This document shows positions 47,731-60,748 of a stretch of 64,000 nt of DNA, piece by piece. Below the pieces are notes generated by a model. It was not told the DNA's origin, did not search any database, and saw nothing but the letters and a program-made list of their open reading frames with translations. Position 1 is the first letter of the stretch; each line of letters begins with the position of its first letter. The DNA is from Podarcis melisellensis. Its lineage: Eukaryota. The DNA is taken from NCBI GenBank assembly GCA_964234715.1, contig OZ174291.1; one strand, written 5' to 3'. Position numbers and translations under genes: made by a program.

Positions 47731-50700
47731 TGTCCAAAAAGATCGGAACAGATGCCACTGCAAACACGTGAATAACGGTCTCCCACAAGCACGGATACAC
47801 CACCGGGACGCTGCTTGGGAGCAGGGACCCCTGACAGGTGTGCTGGGAAGGCACAGAGTGCCTTGCTTTTAAAAGCCAGGCCCCCTCCCTCAGAAACAGA
47901 ACCTTCTTCCCAAATCACCTCCTGTAATCCAGATTGCCGGGAGGCAGGCGATGGCTGCTCTCTGGGTTTTGCGCACCCTGCTGTGGGCCCTGTGCTGAGG
48001 CAGCCTCTGCATCCTTTGTGGCAAGGGTGACGGCGCAGTGTTATCTTCACATGGCAAGGGGGTGGGGGGGTGGAAGTGTAGCAGGCAGGGCAGCATATGA
48101 TTATGAAAAGGAAGGCACACACAGGTCAAAAACCAGAGCTAGAAAAACGGGAATGGAGCAAGGACACAGCTGTGCGGGATGTGAAGATCAGCAGTGGAAT
48201 TCCATGCCTGCGGAGATCAGGCAAGCTGGTGAGGTTTTGATGGACATCGAATCCAGGTAGACCCAACAGAGCAACCTCAATTCCTACAACCAGGCAAAGT
48301 AATGTGATTCTTGTAATACCCAACCACCACCACCACCTGAATACACATATTCCAGCCATGTAAACTGGCTCCCTTCAATATAGCCTTCAGGAACAACCTT
48401 TTTCCTGCTTCTTTTTCTTAAAAAAGGGCCCAGAGTGGAGTTATTTTCAGGACAGGCTTTTCAAAAAAATAAAATACAACCACTGCCCAGAACACAATGC
48501 ATTTGCTCCCTTTTGATTCCAAAGTCTCCCTTTTAAGACAGAACAGAGTGACTCATGGCCACAGGATGTGGAGACTGGACCTGCGGCTGGGAAGTATAGA
48601 AGCTGCTATGAGCCACGGTAGTGCAGAAAGAAATGTCTGTTCACAGGCAGGATACTTCCATGTACTGTAACCTCCTCCAGCATGAAGCCTAAGTGATTTG
48701 GACCCCAACTCCCATTAGCCCCAAGTAGCATAGACGTGTTACCTGGAGCTGATGGAAGTTGTCGTTCAAGACATCTGGAGGGCATCTGGTTGGAGAAGGC
48801 TGGTATAACAGATGCTGAGAACTTACAAGAGGTGCTGCTTGAGAGTTTTGCTGGATTAGATGTTTGAGCTCATAGAAAATGAGGGAATCAAGGCCAGAAA
48901 AAGGCAGGGGTGTGTGAGTGGTCTTTATAACAGTGGCATGGATTAGCAGAGCCATAGATAATTGTGATTGGCAGAAGGTGTCTCTTGGGATGCAGCTCTG
49001 CCCCACTTGCTGTAGAACAAGTCTTTCCAATCCTGGTGACCTCCAAATGTTCTGCACTACCACTTCCATCAGTCAGCAAAGCATGTGTGTGAGAGAGAGA
49101 AAGTGAGTGACAGAAGGGGATATGACCTAAAGTGGAAGTGATGGGTGCCTCTGGCAGACGGCCTACCTATCAGCAGCAATGCCTGCTTTGGCCCAAGTGG
49201 TGCCAACTTATGATTCAGCCCCCCCAAAACCACTGGAAAACCAATGACGCCTGCCATTTTAAAATTTCTCACAATGCTCCAGAGGCACCAAGGGTATTGT
49301 GGGAAAATAAAAGTGGCTGCTGGTTTTCAAGAACCAGCTGGCCAATAAGCCTGGGTCCAAAGGGGTACTTTGCCAGCCCCCACTCCCTCAAAACATGGAA
49401 CTGGCCTTGGTAGACAGAAGAAAGCTAAATTTGTCTCATGCAAGACTTTTACCCCTCTCCTGTAACCACCTGTTTATCCCGGTTCTGCTCCCAGTCTGGA
49501 GGCCTGAGAAATTGTAAGAATCACAGTGGAGGAGGCAGTTTCAAAGACCGGGGGGGGGGGCTTAGCCCCCTACCTCGCTCACCCACAATGTCTCCATTCA
49601 TACACCCTCTCCTTGCTTAGGTAGCGTAACCCTAATCCAGACCTGGGCAGGATTTTCCCTCTACAACCCTGAGATCTACCACCTGGAGCCAGGTGCAACA
49701 ACAGGAGCTCAACTGAGCAAATGTACTGAGGACTTAATAAGAATTAAGGATGAAAGTGTGCCCTCTGAGCACATGCGGAGTCCAGGAAGTAGTGATCAGT
49801 ATCCAGTATCAAGATCATAAATCCTTTCATACAAAAATCCACTCTTGCTTACTCCTTCCCAAAGCAGTATGATTTGAGGGAGGAGGCAGTTACTATTGTC
49901 AGACCATTAGGAGTCAAAACCTCTTGCCAATCTACCACAAAACAGCCAGAGATCTACTAACAAGATTCCAATCTAACTTCTACCCATCCCTGATGAAAGC
50001 CAAGGACCGGGGTCCTTAATTAAAGGGGAACTCACTTACTTGCCCATTGAGAAGGTGGCTTAGCTACTGTTTTTAGACAGCTGCTGGGGACATGATTTAG
50101 CTAAAAAAAAAAAATTGGAGGGGAAAGACAGAGAGCAAGGTTGGGTCCAGCAGTGCACTGGAAAAGAGGCTTTTCTTCAAAACCAACCATATCTTGTTCC
50201 TTCCTGTTAGCCTTCAGGACAGGGCCCGTTTCAGGAGGCTACAAAAACATGATGGAGCATACCAGGTATCGCAGGGAGGAAAATGGGATGAGGTGGTGGG
50301 GCTCCTCAGGCAGTGGAAGCGTTTCCTGGCTAGGGATGAGATCATAGGAGAAGATTCTCAACGACAAAACCCTGAACAGTCCATTTCACCTCCGACAAAG
50401 TTTTGATGGCACCTGGAAACGGAAAACTTTCGCACAGAGCCCATGCCGTTGCAACCCCAGAAAGGTCGGGATCCCTCTGCTCCTATTGAATGGAAGTAGC
50501 GGGCCGTCCTCCTCCCTCTCCCCATGACCTGCGCAGCACCCATCACTTGATGACCCAGATGTGCACCCCCCATCATACCCAGAGTTCATCAATTTCCCCC
50601 CCCCATCTCAAGGCAGCCTGCCCCCCACCCTCCAATGCAGCATCTCTGCCAGGGGCTTCTGCAAACGTGATTCGATAGAGGCAGCATGGCTTGTTTAGTT

Positions 50701-50950
50701 TTTTTCTTTTGTTGGAGGGCGGGGAGGCAGGAGGAGAGGCATTCCTCATAAAGTTTGAAGATGCTTCATGCAATCTGCAGTACTAAAAAAAGAAAAACAA
50801 CTGTGGTCTCCATCAGCTGTGTCATGCCCCGGCCCCTCCCTCCCTCCCCCCCCAGTCCAAAGCCCCCGCCATGCCCGCTCTGATGATCAGTTCTGTACAG
50901 ATTCGGCAGCTGCAGCCCCCACCCTGCCCCACTTCTCCAGGTGTGGCCCC

Positions 50951-51184
50951 TTATTTGTTCTTTTTGAAAAAGCTAAAGCGTTTCTCGCGATCTTTTTCCT
51001 TGGACTCTTTGCTACGCAGAGTGACAGTCCCTTCCGGGGCGCTGTTAGGCGAGACGGGAGGCATGGTCAAGGCCCGGGTCATTCCTTTGCTGATGAGCGG
51101 CGGCTGGTCCTCTGCAGGGCCTTGTGGCGTAGGGGCGCAGGCAGCTGCAGCATTGATAACTCTCATCCAGCTGCTCATCTCAGC
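50951..51184 (-). CDS. SPTBN2: beta-III spectrin, last exon
   Basis: cccag|GCT. Encodes AEMSSWMRVINAAA...KGMTRALTMPPVSP...EKRFSFFKKNK*, the SPTBN2 C-terminus. Confidence 0.95.
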   Translation of the reverse strand, partial: AEMSSWMRVINAAAACAPTPQGPAEDQPPLISKGMTRALTMPPVSPNSAPEGTVTLRSKESKEKDREKRFSFFKKNK

Positions 51185-52138
51185 CTGGGATGGGGGAAGA
51201 AGTGGGAGAGGGGGCAAAGCATGAGCCAATAGTCCTTCTGAGCATGTGCGGAGTGTTTTCCCCCCAGCATGCCGCTGAGAAATGGCACCATTCCCCCTCT
51301 AAGTGGTATATAAGGGAGGGTGGATGTTAAGGGCTTTGGAGTCAGAGGCTGGGCTGGCATGGATGGGCAGCTCCTTTCATTTTATGGACTCATGGACTCC
51401 AACTCCAATCAGCCTCACCCAACACAGCCAATGGCCTGAGTTGATGGGAATCCCCCCTCCACCCCAATCCTACTATGACCACCTTTCTTGTACATGGCTA
51501 CTTAATCTTTCTTCTGGCTACTTAATCTGTGGCACTCGACTCTTAGCACTGGAGGCATGGGTAAAAAAGAGCATAGAGTGAGGGCAAGAAATCCTGAGAT
51601 GGGGGGGGGGACCCCGGTCAAAGGGTGTGGCTTTTGAGCAGCACATCCGCACTGTACATTTAAAGCACATTCAGCACACATTCAAAGCACCTGTCTCCCC
51701 GCAAAGAATCCTAGGAACAGCAGTTCACGCCCCACAGAGTTACAATTCCCAGCACCCTTATGAACTACAATTCCTAGGATTCCTTGGGGAGAAGCCACGC
51801 ACCTTAAACATATCCTTTTTTTCCATACAGACTTTCAGAAAAATTCTAGCCATTCAGATGAGAGTGGGTAGGTGCCCCATAGCCAAGTGCTGCAGAACAT
51901 CCCAGGTTTAATCCCTATCATCTCAAGGTTTGGCTGGGGAAAAGGCCCATCAGATACCCCAGAGAGCCACTGCCACTTGATGTGGTAGATGGACCATCAG
52001 TCTGATTCAGCAGCTCCCAAACCAGGCTGTTCCCGATGTTATTTGTAGGAGGAAGAGTTGGAGCTGAAATGAGGGCTGCAATTTGGCTTCATGGTGGGGG
52101 AGGGGGTCGGAGGCTTAGGAGCCACCAGTCCCCTAGAA

Positions 52139-52456
52139 CAGTGTTTTTCAACCACTGTTCCGCGGCACACTAGTGTGCCGTGACCTGTTGCCTGGTGTGC
52201 CGTGGGAAAAATGGAAAAATTCGAAAGATTTAAAAATAAAGTATTTTATAATTTTTCATATTTCTGTTTACTTACTATTTCATAATATAAAATACTTTCT
52301 TTTTTGTTTATTTGATTCCTATTCAAGAGAATTACTTTATATATAGTCAATATAGGCACAGAGTTAAATTTTTTAACATTTTCTAATAGTGGTGTGCCTC
52401 GTGATTTTTTTCATGAAACAAGTGTGCCTTTGCCCAAAAAAGGTTGAAAAACACTG
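52139..52456. mobile_element. non-autonomous hAT (Charlie-group) transposon, 318 bp
   Basis: TIRs CAGTGTTTTTCAACC / GGTTGAAAAACACTG. Perfect 8-bp TSD CCCTAGAA. Subterminal GTGTGCC repeats. Confidence 0.9.
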
Positions 52457-52495
52457 CCCTAGAAGCAGGATTTGCAGAATTGGACCTCTACTCAC

Positions 52496-52538
52496 CTCAT
52501 CCTTGGCCTGGAATAAAAATTCTTTGCCATCCGCTAAC
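52496..52538 (-). CDS. SPTBN2: SPTBN2 PH-domain exon
   Basis: ttgcag|G. Encodes LADGKEFLFQAKDE|gtgagt. 43 nt. Confidence 0.93.
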
Positions 52539-52543
52539 CTGCA

Positions 52544-52545
<2 letters not shown>

Positions 52546-52592
<47 letters not shown>
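52546..52592. repeat. (GA)n microsatellite
   Basis: About 23 GA units, forming the polypyrimidine tract of the adjacent minus-strand acceptor. Confidence 0.95.
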
Positions 52593-52596
<4 letters not shown>

Positions 52597-53874
52597 AAGG
52601 TAAGAATTGCTCTGGTGCCTGTCTGTGGATCATATCCAAACTCCAATCCCTCTGCTAACAGGAGCTAGGAATCTGGCTAAAAAACAGTCACATTACTTGG
52701 TGCAAAACACAAAGTCCTAAACATGCTTGCCTTTTCTTTTTTTAAAACATAAATATTGAGGAAAAGCCAGTACACAATCAAGGTATTACTACAAATAAAC
52801 TACCAAAAACACCACCCACCCGCCTTCTTTACAGGAAACAGGACCTCTGCCCACTGCAATTCAAGGTGCAATATAAGACAATACAATACAATATAAACTT
52901 AATAAGTTGTCAAAAGCAGAGTTTGAATATTTAGGTGTCGTCTTCCCCCTTTGTTACCTTTTTACATGTTACTAAATTTCTCACTGGAAAATACAAATGA
53001 ATGAATGGCTAAAAAATAAAGGTATCCCTGTATATTTCTGTATATACTGTTGGGACCATCCTGCAATGCTCCTCTATGTTCGTTTATTCAATAAAGGGAA
53101 ACCAAATGGCCTAAAATGGATCTCTTTTCTGTTGCCCCCTCAACACCTGTAGACAACCTTACCTGACATTAACACCTTCTGAATGCATGCATGGGACTGT
53201 GCTGTTAGAACAGCACTGTGGTGGGTGCTGAAAATTCTGTGAACTGATCTGCAACTGCTTTCACTACAGTTCTGAAGATTCCTAGGGCTGAGAGCTACAA
53301 GATTCCCCCACAGCTCACATGACCCCCAGGGCTGTGAGAGACATTCCGTTCAGTTCAAATTTAATGTTGAATTTTTCAGATTTGTACTTTCTGAAACACG
53401 AAAACCAAAGCACAGCCATCCTTCAAAATCTGCACTGATCCAAAATTTGCTATGCAGTTCTCCCACCAAAGAATGTTTACACAAGAATGCATGTATTAGA
53501 GGAAAGGGTGCATAAAAGCAAATTATTTTTAATGAAAATAACATACAAAGCATGCATTATATTCGGAGAAACTGCTTGTGTGTATGTGTGCTTTGGTCAA
53601 AGCTGTGTACAGAAGAAGTGCTCACAAAAATGCTGAAGAATCTTCACAAAGATTTTAAATAAGAATCGCTGTGGAAATGTGAAGAAGCGAGTCTGAGATT
53701 GGAAAAATGAGAAATGGAGGGAAACCAAAATGGACAAATCCTCTCATCCACAGCTGTGAGTCACGGCAGTTAAGCTGCATGAGCAGAGAGCATCCAGTGG
53801 TACATTCGGAAACAAGGAGAACATAAAAGTAAGTGTGGTCAATGCCACTTGGCTGAAAGAACCTTGCTGACCTA

Positions 53875-54087
<213 letters not shown>

Positions 54088-54917
54088 TCAATGACCCCCT
54101 TCACTCCCAAGCCACCCAAAGCTGCGCTTCCCCCTCCCCACAGTGGGCTAGAAGCAGCAGAAGTTGTGTCTGTTTAAGTCCGGAATGATTTGCAAACTTT
54201 ATTCCTGTGTATATGTTTTTATTTTAGGGACTTAAAACTACTGTGGCAACTTCGTTGAATTCAAGTCTTTTTATTTTACTTCAGTAAGTGTTTTAAGAAA
54301 GTTTTTGGACTTCATGATTGGTTGTAACTGATGTTATGTTTATCGTATCTTTTTAACATTACTGTACACTGACTTAGAGACTAACGTTGAAATGAATAAA
54401 CAAAATGATGATACAGTACTGTTTCACATAGGAAATCATTAGATAGGTGCACAGGAAGCTGCCTTTTGGTCCATCCAAGCTCTGTATTGTCTACACTGAC
54501 TGGCAGCAACTCTCCAGGGTCCTTCTTAGCCTAACCTGGAGATGTCGGGGACTGAACTTGGGACCTTCTGCATGTAAGGCAGATGCTCTGCCGCTGAAAT
54601 AGGCAGATAGATAGATTTTACTCAATGGCCTTGTCTTATGCCCACAAGTAGAATCATTCTCCAACACTAGCGTTTACTTTCAAAAAGCAAAATTCTAGAC
54701 ACCCGCAAAGTTGTTGAGCTTTATTTTAGAAAGACCCAAAAAATTTTGAGCTTTTCCCATCATACTGCCATACATTTTCCTGACATTTTGCCAATTCAAC
54801 GAAATTCCCCCAATGCCATTTTGACACCCCAAAACCAGGACATGTACAGAATTTTCCTGACGTATGGAAAGCCTATCCAGCACCCCAGGTTCACACACAC
54901 AAACATGCAGAGCTCAC

Positions 54918-55153
54918 CTGTTGGCTGCCTTTTTGCCGTGTGACTCCATTTCCTGCTTCCGACACAACATCCCTTCCATCTGCTCTGAGGCCGAGGGGTC
55001 TGGTGTGCGTGGGGCCAGTGTGGCCAACTGAGTGGGATCGCTGTGGGCAGGCGGTTTGGAATGGAGCTGAGGTGATGGGGTTGGGCTGGGCTCCTTCCCC
55101 TTGGACAAGGAATCCATTCGTGACCCGTTTACTGTACCAGATGTCTCTGAAAT
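54918..55153 (-). CDS. SPTBN2: SPTBN2 linker / start of PH domain exon
   Basis: cttgcag|ATT. Encodes ...EQMEGMLCRKQEMESHGKKAAN AG|gtgag. Confidence 0.92.
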
Positions 55154-55920
55154 CTGCAAGAGACAGGAGGCGCTGAGTTATTGGGTTCTAAAAACACACT
55201 CACCCTTTTTAGTTGTTGTATCCTGTTGTAGTTCAGTGCATCTGCATTGGCATAGGCATAGGGGTTTGGTGGGAAGGGGGGATAGTAGTAGGTATAAGGG
55301 GCAGCTTGGGACTTGGACAATTTATTGGTATTTATTTATTCAATTTATATCCCACCAAGCTTTATACTTTTCTCCACCTTCCCCAGTTTTATCTTCAGAA
55401 CAGCCCTATGAAGTAGGTTACATTGATGACTGGCCCAATTCACCCATTAAACTTCCTGACTTTGCCCGGCATCTCTCGAGTCCTAGTCTGACATTCTAAG
55501 CAAAGTGCCACACCGCTAAGAGATCCTGTGTTCTCTTTCTCCTTCCTCTGAGCCACTGGGGGCTTCCAAAACTACACAATGGCTGATGAATGGTTTAGAA
55601 CCCAATGTATTAAAGGAATAAACATGGATGATTGTCAGAGACGCTGAAGGAAGTCCAAAACAGTCATAATTTGTTGTATTTGGGATAAAATGTATAACTG
55701 GATGAAAACTAATAAAATTTATTTAAAAAAAAAAGAACCCAATGCAATTTTTTCTCTTGGGAAAAATATGTGGAATGTTCTTTTTTAACTCAGGGTTGAT
55801 TATCCATCCCTTGCCACTCTATGGTTCTAGGATTCCACCTCTGACCTTACTCGCCAACCAATCACCACTGTGTACCCCAATCCCTCCCCCAGTCATCACT
55901 CCTTAGTATTCATGCCTCAC

Positions 55921-55996
55921 CTGTGGGGACTCGGAATCAGGGTCAATCCCATTCAGAGATGGTAACTCCAGCGACAAGCCTCGTTCTCCAGGGCTC
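55921..55996 (-). CDS. SPTBN2: SPTBN2 small linker exon
   Basis: ccccag|G. Encodes SPGERGLSLELPSLNGIDPDSESPQ|gtgagg. 76 nt; restores phase 2 to 0. Confidence 0.8.
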
Positions 55997-56828
55997 CTGG
56001 GGAAGACAGGTGTGTGAGTCTGTGCTGAAGTTCAAGCACACCAGGTCACAGTACATCTGTGGAGAGACTCTCACCTCTTTATCTCCCATGTTGCATTTTG
56101 CGGCTACAACTCTATGGCTTGCTGCCAGCATTTTGCAAATGCTTGTCTTTTGGGGGGCTCAGAGGGAGTGCGTGCCTCTACAGAGAAGGCACAATAGTTT
56201 GACGATGTTTCATTTCTGATTCCTGCTCTATAATACTGTTATTGTCCTTTCGTACTGTGTGTAATTTTATTGAAGCCTATGCATGCTGACCTGAATCTCT
56301 CATCATAGAATTGCAGGGGAATTGGAAAGGACCCCAAGGGTCATCAAGTCCAAGCCCCTAACGGCACAGGAATCACAGCTGAAGAATTCCCAGGAAGATG
56401 GCTATCCAACCTCTGCTTAAAACCCTCCAAGGAAGGAGAGTCCACCACATTCCAAGGCAGTCTGTTCCACTGTCAAATAGCTCTTTCCACCAGAAAGTTC
56501 TCAATGCAGGCTGGTTAAAGTAAAATAAATCTTTTCCCACCCACCCAATTTATCTTTCCATTAAATATTCAGGTGGGTAACCAACCATTTCCTTTAACAG
56601 CCTTTTCTTCTCCTCTATCCCCAGTTCCTGCAAATGTAATTTTCACGATGAACACATACAAACACACTTTCCTCCTAATTCTTTAAAATAGTATTAGGTG
56701 TTAGAATAATGGTTGTGGAGTAGATTTAATTTTGCATTCTACTTTTCTTCTGTACTGAATCAGTCACAGCGTTCTGCCTGCTTTTTCCACTCCAAATGTC
56801 CTTCTTCTTCCCCTGAAACAACTCTCAC

Positions 56829-56968
56829 CGGGCGTCACTGGGAGCATGTGGCATTTCCAGATGTTGGTTCTGTGACATCGTGGCTGTGGGTTCTGGCACA
56901 GGCGGAGTCAGGGGCCTCTTTTTCCTCGCTTCCTCCTGCTCACGTCGGCGACGTTCATTCTCTTCCAG
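56829..56968 (-). CDS. SPTBN2: SPTBN2 exon (end of last spectrin repeat / linker)
   Basis: ttttctgccag|. Encodes LEENERRRREQEEARKKRPLTPPVPEP...SDA CG|gtgag. 140 nt. Confidence 0.88.
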
Positions 56969-58370
56969 CTGGCAGAAAAGAAGAACAAGGTTGTCAAAAA
57001 TAAGCTAATGTTGGGTCCTTTTCAGTTTAGGTAAGGAGGCCATTTTATTGATGTACTCATATTTCTTGCCCACCTTTCATCCTTAAGGTCCCAGGAAGGG
57101 TTACAATATAGAAAGGCAACATTAAACTTCTTTAAAACAAATTACAATCAGAAGGATAGGGCGCGTCTGAAAAATATCTCTAGTATCGAAGGCCAGGGTA
57201 AAGCCATGGAGCTACATGAGTCATGTGGGAGGTGATAAGAGCCCAAGTTAGAAGGCATGCCAGTTTAAAGAAGGGAGTGTGGACATGTTTTCTAATGACT
57301 CATTAGTGAGATTTCTGCATTGCAGGGGGTTGGACTGGATTACCCTTGGGGTCCCTTCCAACTCTACAGTTCCACAATTCTCTGATTCTGTTCTATGAGA
57401 TGTCTAGTTTGGCCATGACAGAAGTTTTAAGAAAACATGAAGAGAAATCATGGGCTCCATGTCAGGATCAGGTTTGGGCTGGCAGGCTCCAACACAGATG
57501 GAGGAGAAAGGAAGTGGGGGGTTGTGATTTGTGAGAACACAGGCCAAAGGGGAAGTGCTCTGCCTGGTGTGCTTCAACTTCAGCCACTTTGGAAGGGGTC
57601 TAGGATGCCAGCTCAGAGAGTTCTGGCTGGGGGAAAAAAAAGTCCTGCTTGCCATGGTGGTGCACTTTTAATGCACAAAGTCAGCCGCTTGAGGCAACCA
57701 CATCTCTCTGCGTAAGGGGGGGCCTGGCACAAGTCCTGGCTAGAGGCACTTTCCTTGAAGAGGAAGAGGGCCAAAGCAGAGGTTGCCTTTGGATCATGGT
57801 GTCTGTCCATAGCAGCAGACCCTACTGCAGGTGCACACATCAGGGGTGAGGAACCTTCTCTTATGGGCAACTTTTGGAGGGCCGTATGCCAGGGGCCAGC
57901 AGGGCCAGAGGCAAAGGTTTGGTAGAGCAATGAATCTAAATGTCACCTCTGTACAATAGTCTAGTTTCTACAAGAGGTGTTCAAGGACATGTTCCAGCCA
58001 GGCAGAAACATTCAAGGCATGCAGTAGGGCTGGAGAGGGGATGTGGCTGGGAAAAGTTGTGAGAGCCAGAAACAGAGGCCTGGAGGGCTGCATTTGACCC
58101 CTGGGTCTGGAGCTGAAGAATTCAGGAAGCAATTGCCTTCACCTTATTGCCCTTATTGTGAGATGGGCCTTTGGGACAACAAAAAGGACCGGACAAATTC
58201 ATGGAGGATTGGCCTAGGAAAAGCTGTTTGCTGGAAGCAGAATCTGAGAACCAGGCTGCTGTAATGTGAAGACTGGTGCCAAGGGTCAGTGGCTAACAGC
58301 TGACTTGGGCCCTTCCCACAAGCCTCCCAAGGATTCGCCTGACCCGCCCTCCCTGATCTCACCCACTGAC

Positions 58371-58567
58371 CGTTGTGAGCTTCTCCAGTGCCAGGAAGCG
58401 CTCCTCCCAGGCAGCAACTGATTTCTGGAAGCCCTCGTGGCGTTTGATGAGGTTCTCCACTTCGTCCACGTTGCCACCCAGCTCTGCAGAACGCACAATC
58501 GGCTCTTGGCTGGAGAGCCAGGCCTCTGCCATGCTAGCATCCCGCCCAAACATCAGCACCTCCATGA
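58371..58567 (-). CDS. SPTBN2: SPTBN2 spectrin-repeat exon
   Basis: Encodes [23 protein letters not shown]...[14 protein letters not shown]|gtcagt. Confidence 0.95.
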
Positions 58568-59024
58568 CTGTGGGCAGAGGGAGGGGTGAAGGGAGAGAGA
58601 GAGAGAGAGAGAGTAGTCAGTGGTGAGGACCCCAAATCCTGAGCCTCAAGTTCTTGCTTTTAGTTCAGGGATGGTGAGCCTTCTTCAGCCTGAGGGCCAC
58701 GTTCCCTCGTGAGCAGTGCTATTTTTCTAGAAATAGAGATGCCAGAACTGACCAAGGACATCTCCCTGGTTCTCTTAGAGAATGGCAATGGTGCCTGAAG
58801 CGGCACCTCCCTCTTGGGACCACAGAGGCCTGTGCTTAGACATGAAGTTCTGCTAGTGCCCTTGGTTTAAAGGAACCACCTCTCAGAAAAACCTACTCAG
58901 AAAAAGTTGTTGTGGGGATAATGTGCGCTGGATCCACACATGCCACAGCTGCCTCAAAATGAACGCTAGCCCTCTGAAGCCCCACTCCCCGAGTCCTCAG
59001 GCCCACACACCCTTACCCACTTAC

Positions 59025-59109
59025 CAATTTGTAACCAGTCCATTTTCTCCCGCCATTTGTCATTGATCTCCTTGCGTCGGTCCTGCAGCTGGGTCAACTT
59101 CTCTGCAAT
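59025..59109 (-). CDS. SPTBN2: SPTBN2 spectrin-repeat exon
   Basis: Encodes IAEKLTQLQDRRKEINDKWREKMDWLQI G|gtaag. 85 nt. Confidence 0.93.
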
Positions 59110-59362
59110 CTGAGCAAAACAAAAGCAGAGAGATGCAGAGGGAGCTTAGCTGGGGGGAAATAGTAATCCAGAGTCGTCCCAATTAATCTGAACATTGGGG
59201 ATATCTACATCAAGCTGTACATACACAGCTGTAAACACCTGTGTAACTCTCTACCATGAGGACTAGTATCTGACTTTATTTCTAGGGGAGGGTTAGAGCT
59301 TATTGGCTGAGCACCTGTTTTGCATGCAAAGGTTTGTTAATTTGCGGCATCTCCAGGTAGAC

Positions 59363-59499
59363 CAGGCATAGGCAAACTTGGCCCTCCATATGTTTTGGGA
59401 CTACAACTCCTATCACCCCTAGCTAACAGGACCAATGGTCAGGGATGATGGGAGTTGTAGTCTTAAAAATATATGGAGGGCCGAGTTTGCCTATGCCTG
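59363..59499. mobile_element. palindromic hAT MITE nested in an older SINE-like repeat
   Basis: TIRs CAGGCATAGGCAAACT / AGTTTGCCTATGCCTG. Perfect 8-bp TSD AGGTAGAC. Confidence 0.9.
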
Positions 59500-59854
59500 A
59501 GGTAGACAGTGGTGGGCTAGATGGACAAATAGCTTGACCTAGGCAGCTGACAATAGAGGGAAAATGTCCCTGATCTTTAACGATTGTGTGGCTGCAGAAC
59601 ATCTCAGGAGGGGAAAGCTTATCATTCAGCTGTGATGCAAGGCTCAGCCAAAACTGAGCCCTGATCTCTTGCTGCATCTCTTCATAAGGCTCTTTTTGTT
59701 TCAGTTAAAGGCATGAGGGACTTACCTTGCCTATCTTAAACTGGGGAAAAACAACAACCATACCTGAGCTTTAAAAAGTGCATAACTCCAAAATCAGTAC
59801 ACCTTTCCTGCAAAACAAGCAATAGCTGCATCAGTTCAGGGGAGGCCCTCTCAC

Positions 59855-59993
59855 CTTGTCAGAGGCATAGTGTCCTTTGGCCAACAAGTCGTTGCCAGTG
59901 GCGATGCAGGCATTGAAGCTGTCTGTCCGGGCCTCAACTTCAGCCTTGATCCCTTGGTGGTTCTTGATGACCAAGTCTGCTGCCGAGACGTCC
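59855..59993 (-). CDS. SPTBN2: SPTBN2 spectrin-repeat exon
   Basis: Encodes DVSAADLVIKNHQGIKAEVEARTDSFNACIATGNDLLAKGHYASDK|gtgag. Confidence 0.94.
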
Positions 59994-60146
59994 CTGTGGG
60001 GGAATGTAGGAAAGGCTGGCTACTAGGCTTTCCCCTAGAAATCACGTTTAAGCAGAGCAAGAGGTGGGGAGCTGGAGGGCAGGACGAGACACCCAAAGGC
60101 CCAGTCTGGTCCTAGCACATCATTCCACAAGGACACATCCAAGGAT

Positions 60147-60445
60147 GGACACATTCACACTACTTAAAACACTTACAGTTTCCCCCAAGAATTCTGGGAG
60201 CTGTTCAGAGTGCCGAGAGTTATTAGGAGGCCCCTATTCCCCTCCCAGAGCTGCAATTCCCAGAGTGGTTTAACAAAGAATCTGTCTTCACAGGGATCTC
60301 TGGGACCACTCAGAGGGGAATCGGGTTCTCCTAACACCTCTCAGCACCCTTAATGGACTACAGTTCCCAGAATTCTTTGGGGGGAAAGCCATGACTGCTC
60401 AAAGTGGCACCGTAGGGGTTTTAAATGTATGATGTGAATGTGGCC
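60147..60445. mobile_element. inverted-repeat MITE (possibly PIF/Harbinger-like)
   Basis: Ends GGACACATTCACAC / ATGTGAATGTGGCC, internal inverted AAGAATTCTGGGA arms. Related pieces near 41740-41900 and 51640-51810. Confidence 0.55.
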
Positions 60446-60503
60446 TGGGTGAGTTAGGGACTAGACCTGCCACCTATAGAGACCTGCTCCTATTGCCCCT
60501 TAC

Positions 60504-60748
60504 CTGGGCTTCTCCTGGGCATCTATCTGGAGGTTGACATCATCCATCCACAGTAGGAGGTCACGCACCATGCGGAAGAAGCGGAACTTGTCAACAGTGT
60601 CAAGGAGGAGGTGCCGGCGGCCACTGCTGCTGCTGAGCAGGTCAGACCAGGCCTCACTAACAGACTGCTCATGCCTCCGGATGTCGTCTGCCTTCTCGCC
60701 GGCATAAGCCTTCTGCAGCCGTGCCGCATCGTCCTGCACCTGCTTCAC
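60504..60748 (-). CDS. SPTBN2: SPTBN2 spectrin-repeat exon
   Basis: Encodes VKQVQDDAARLQKAYAGEKADDI...FFRMVRDLLLWMDDVNLQIDAQEKP AG|gtaag. Confidence 0.95.

Noticed and set aside
55204-55241. Possible extra SPTBN2 microexon with a gtgagt donor
   Set aside because: It would leave an intron of only ~50 nt and does not fit the phases of the flanking exons.
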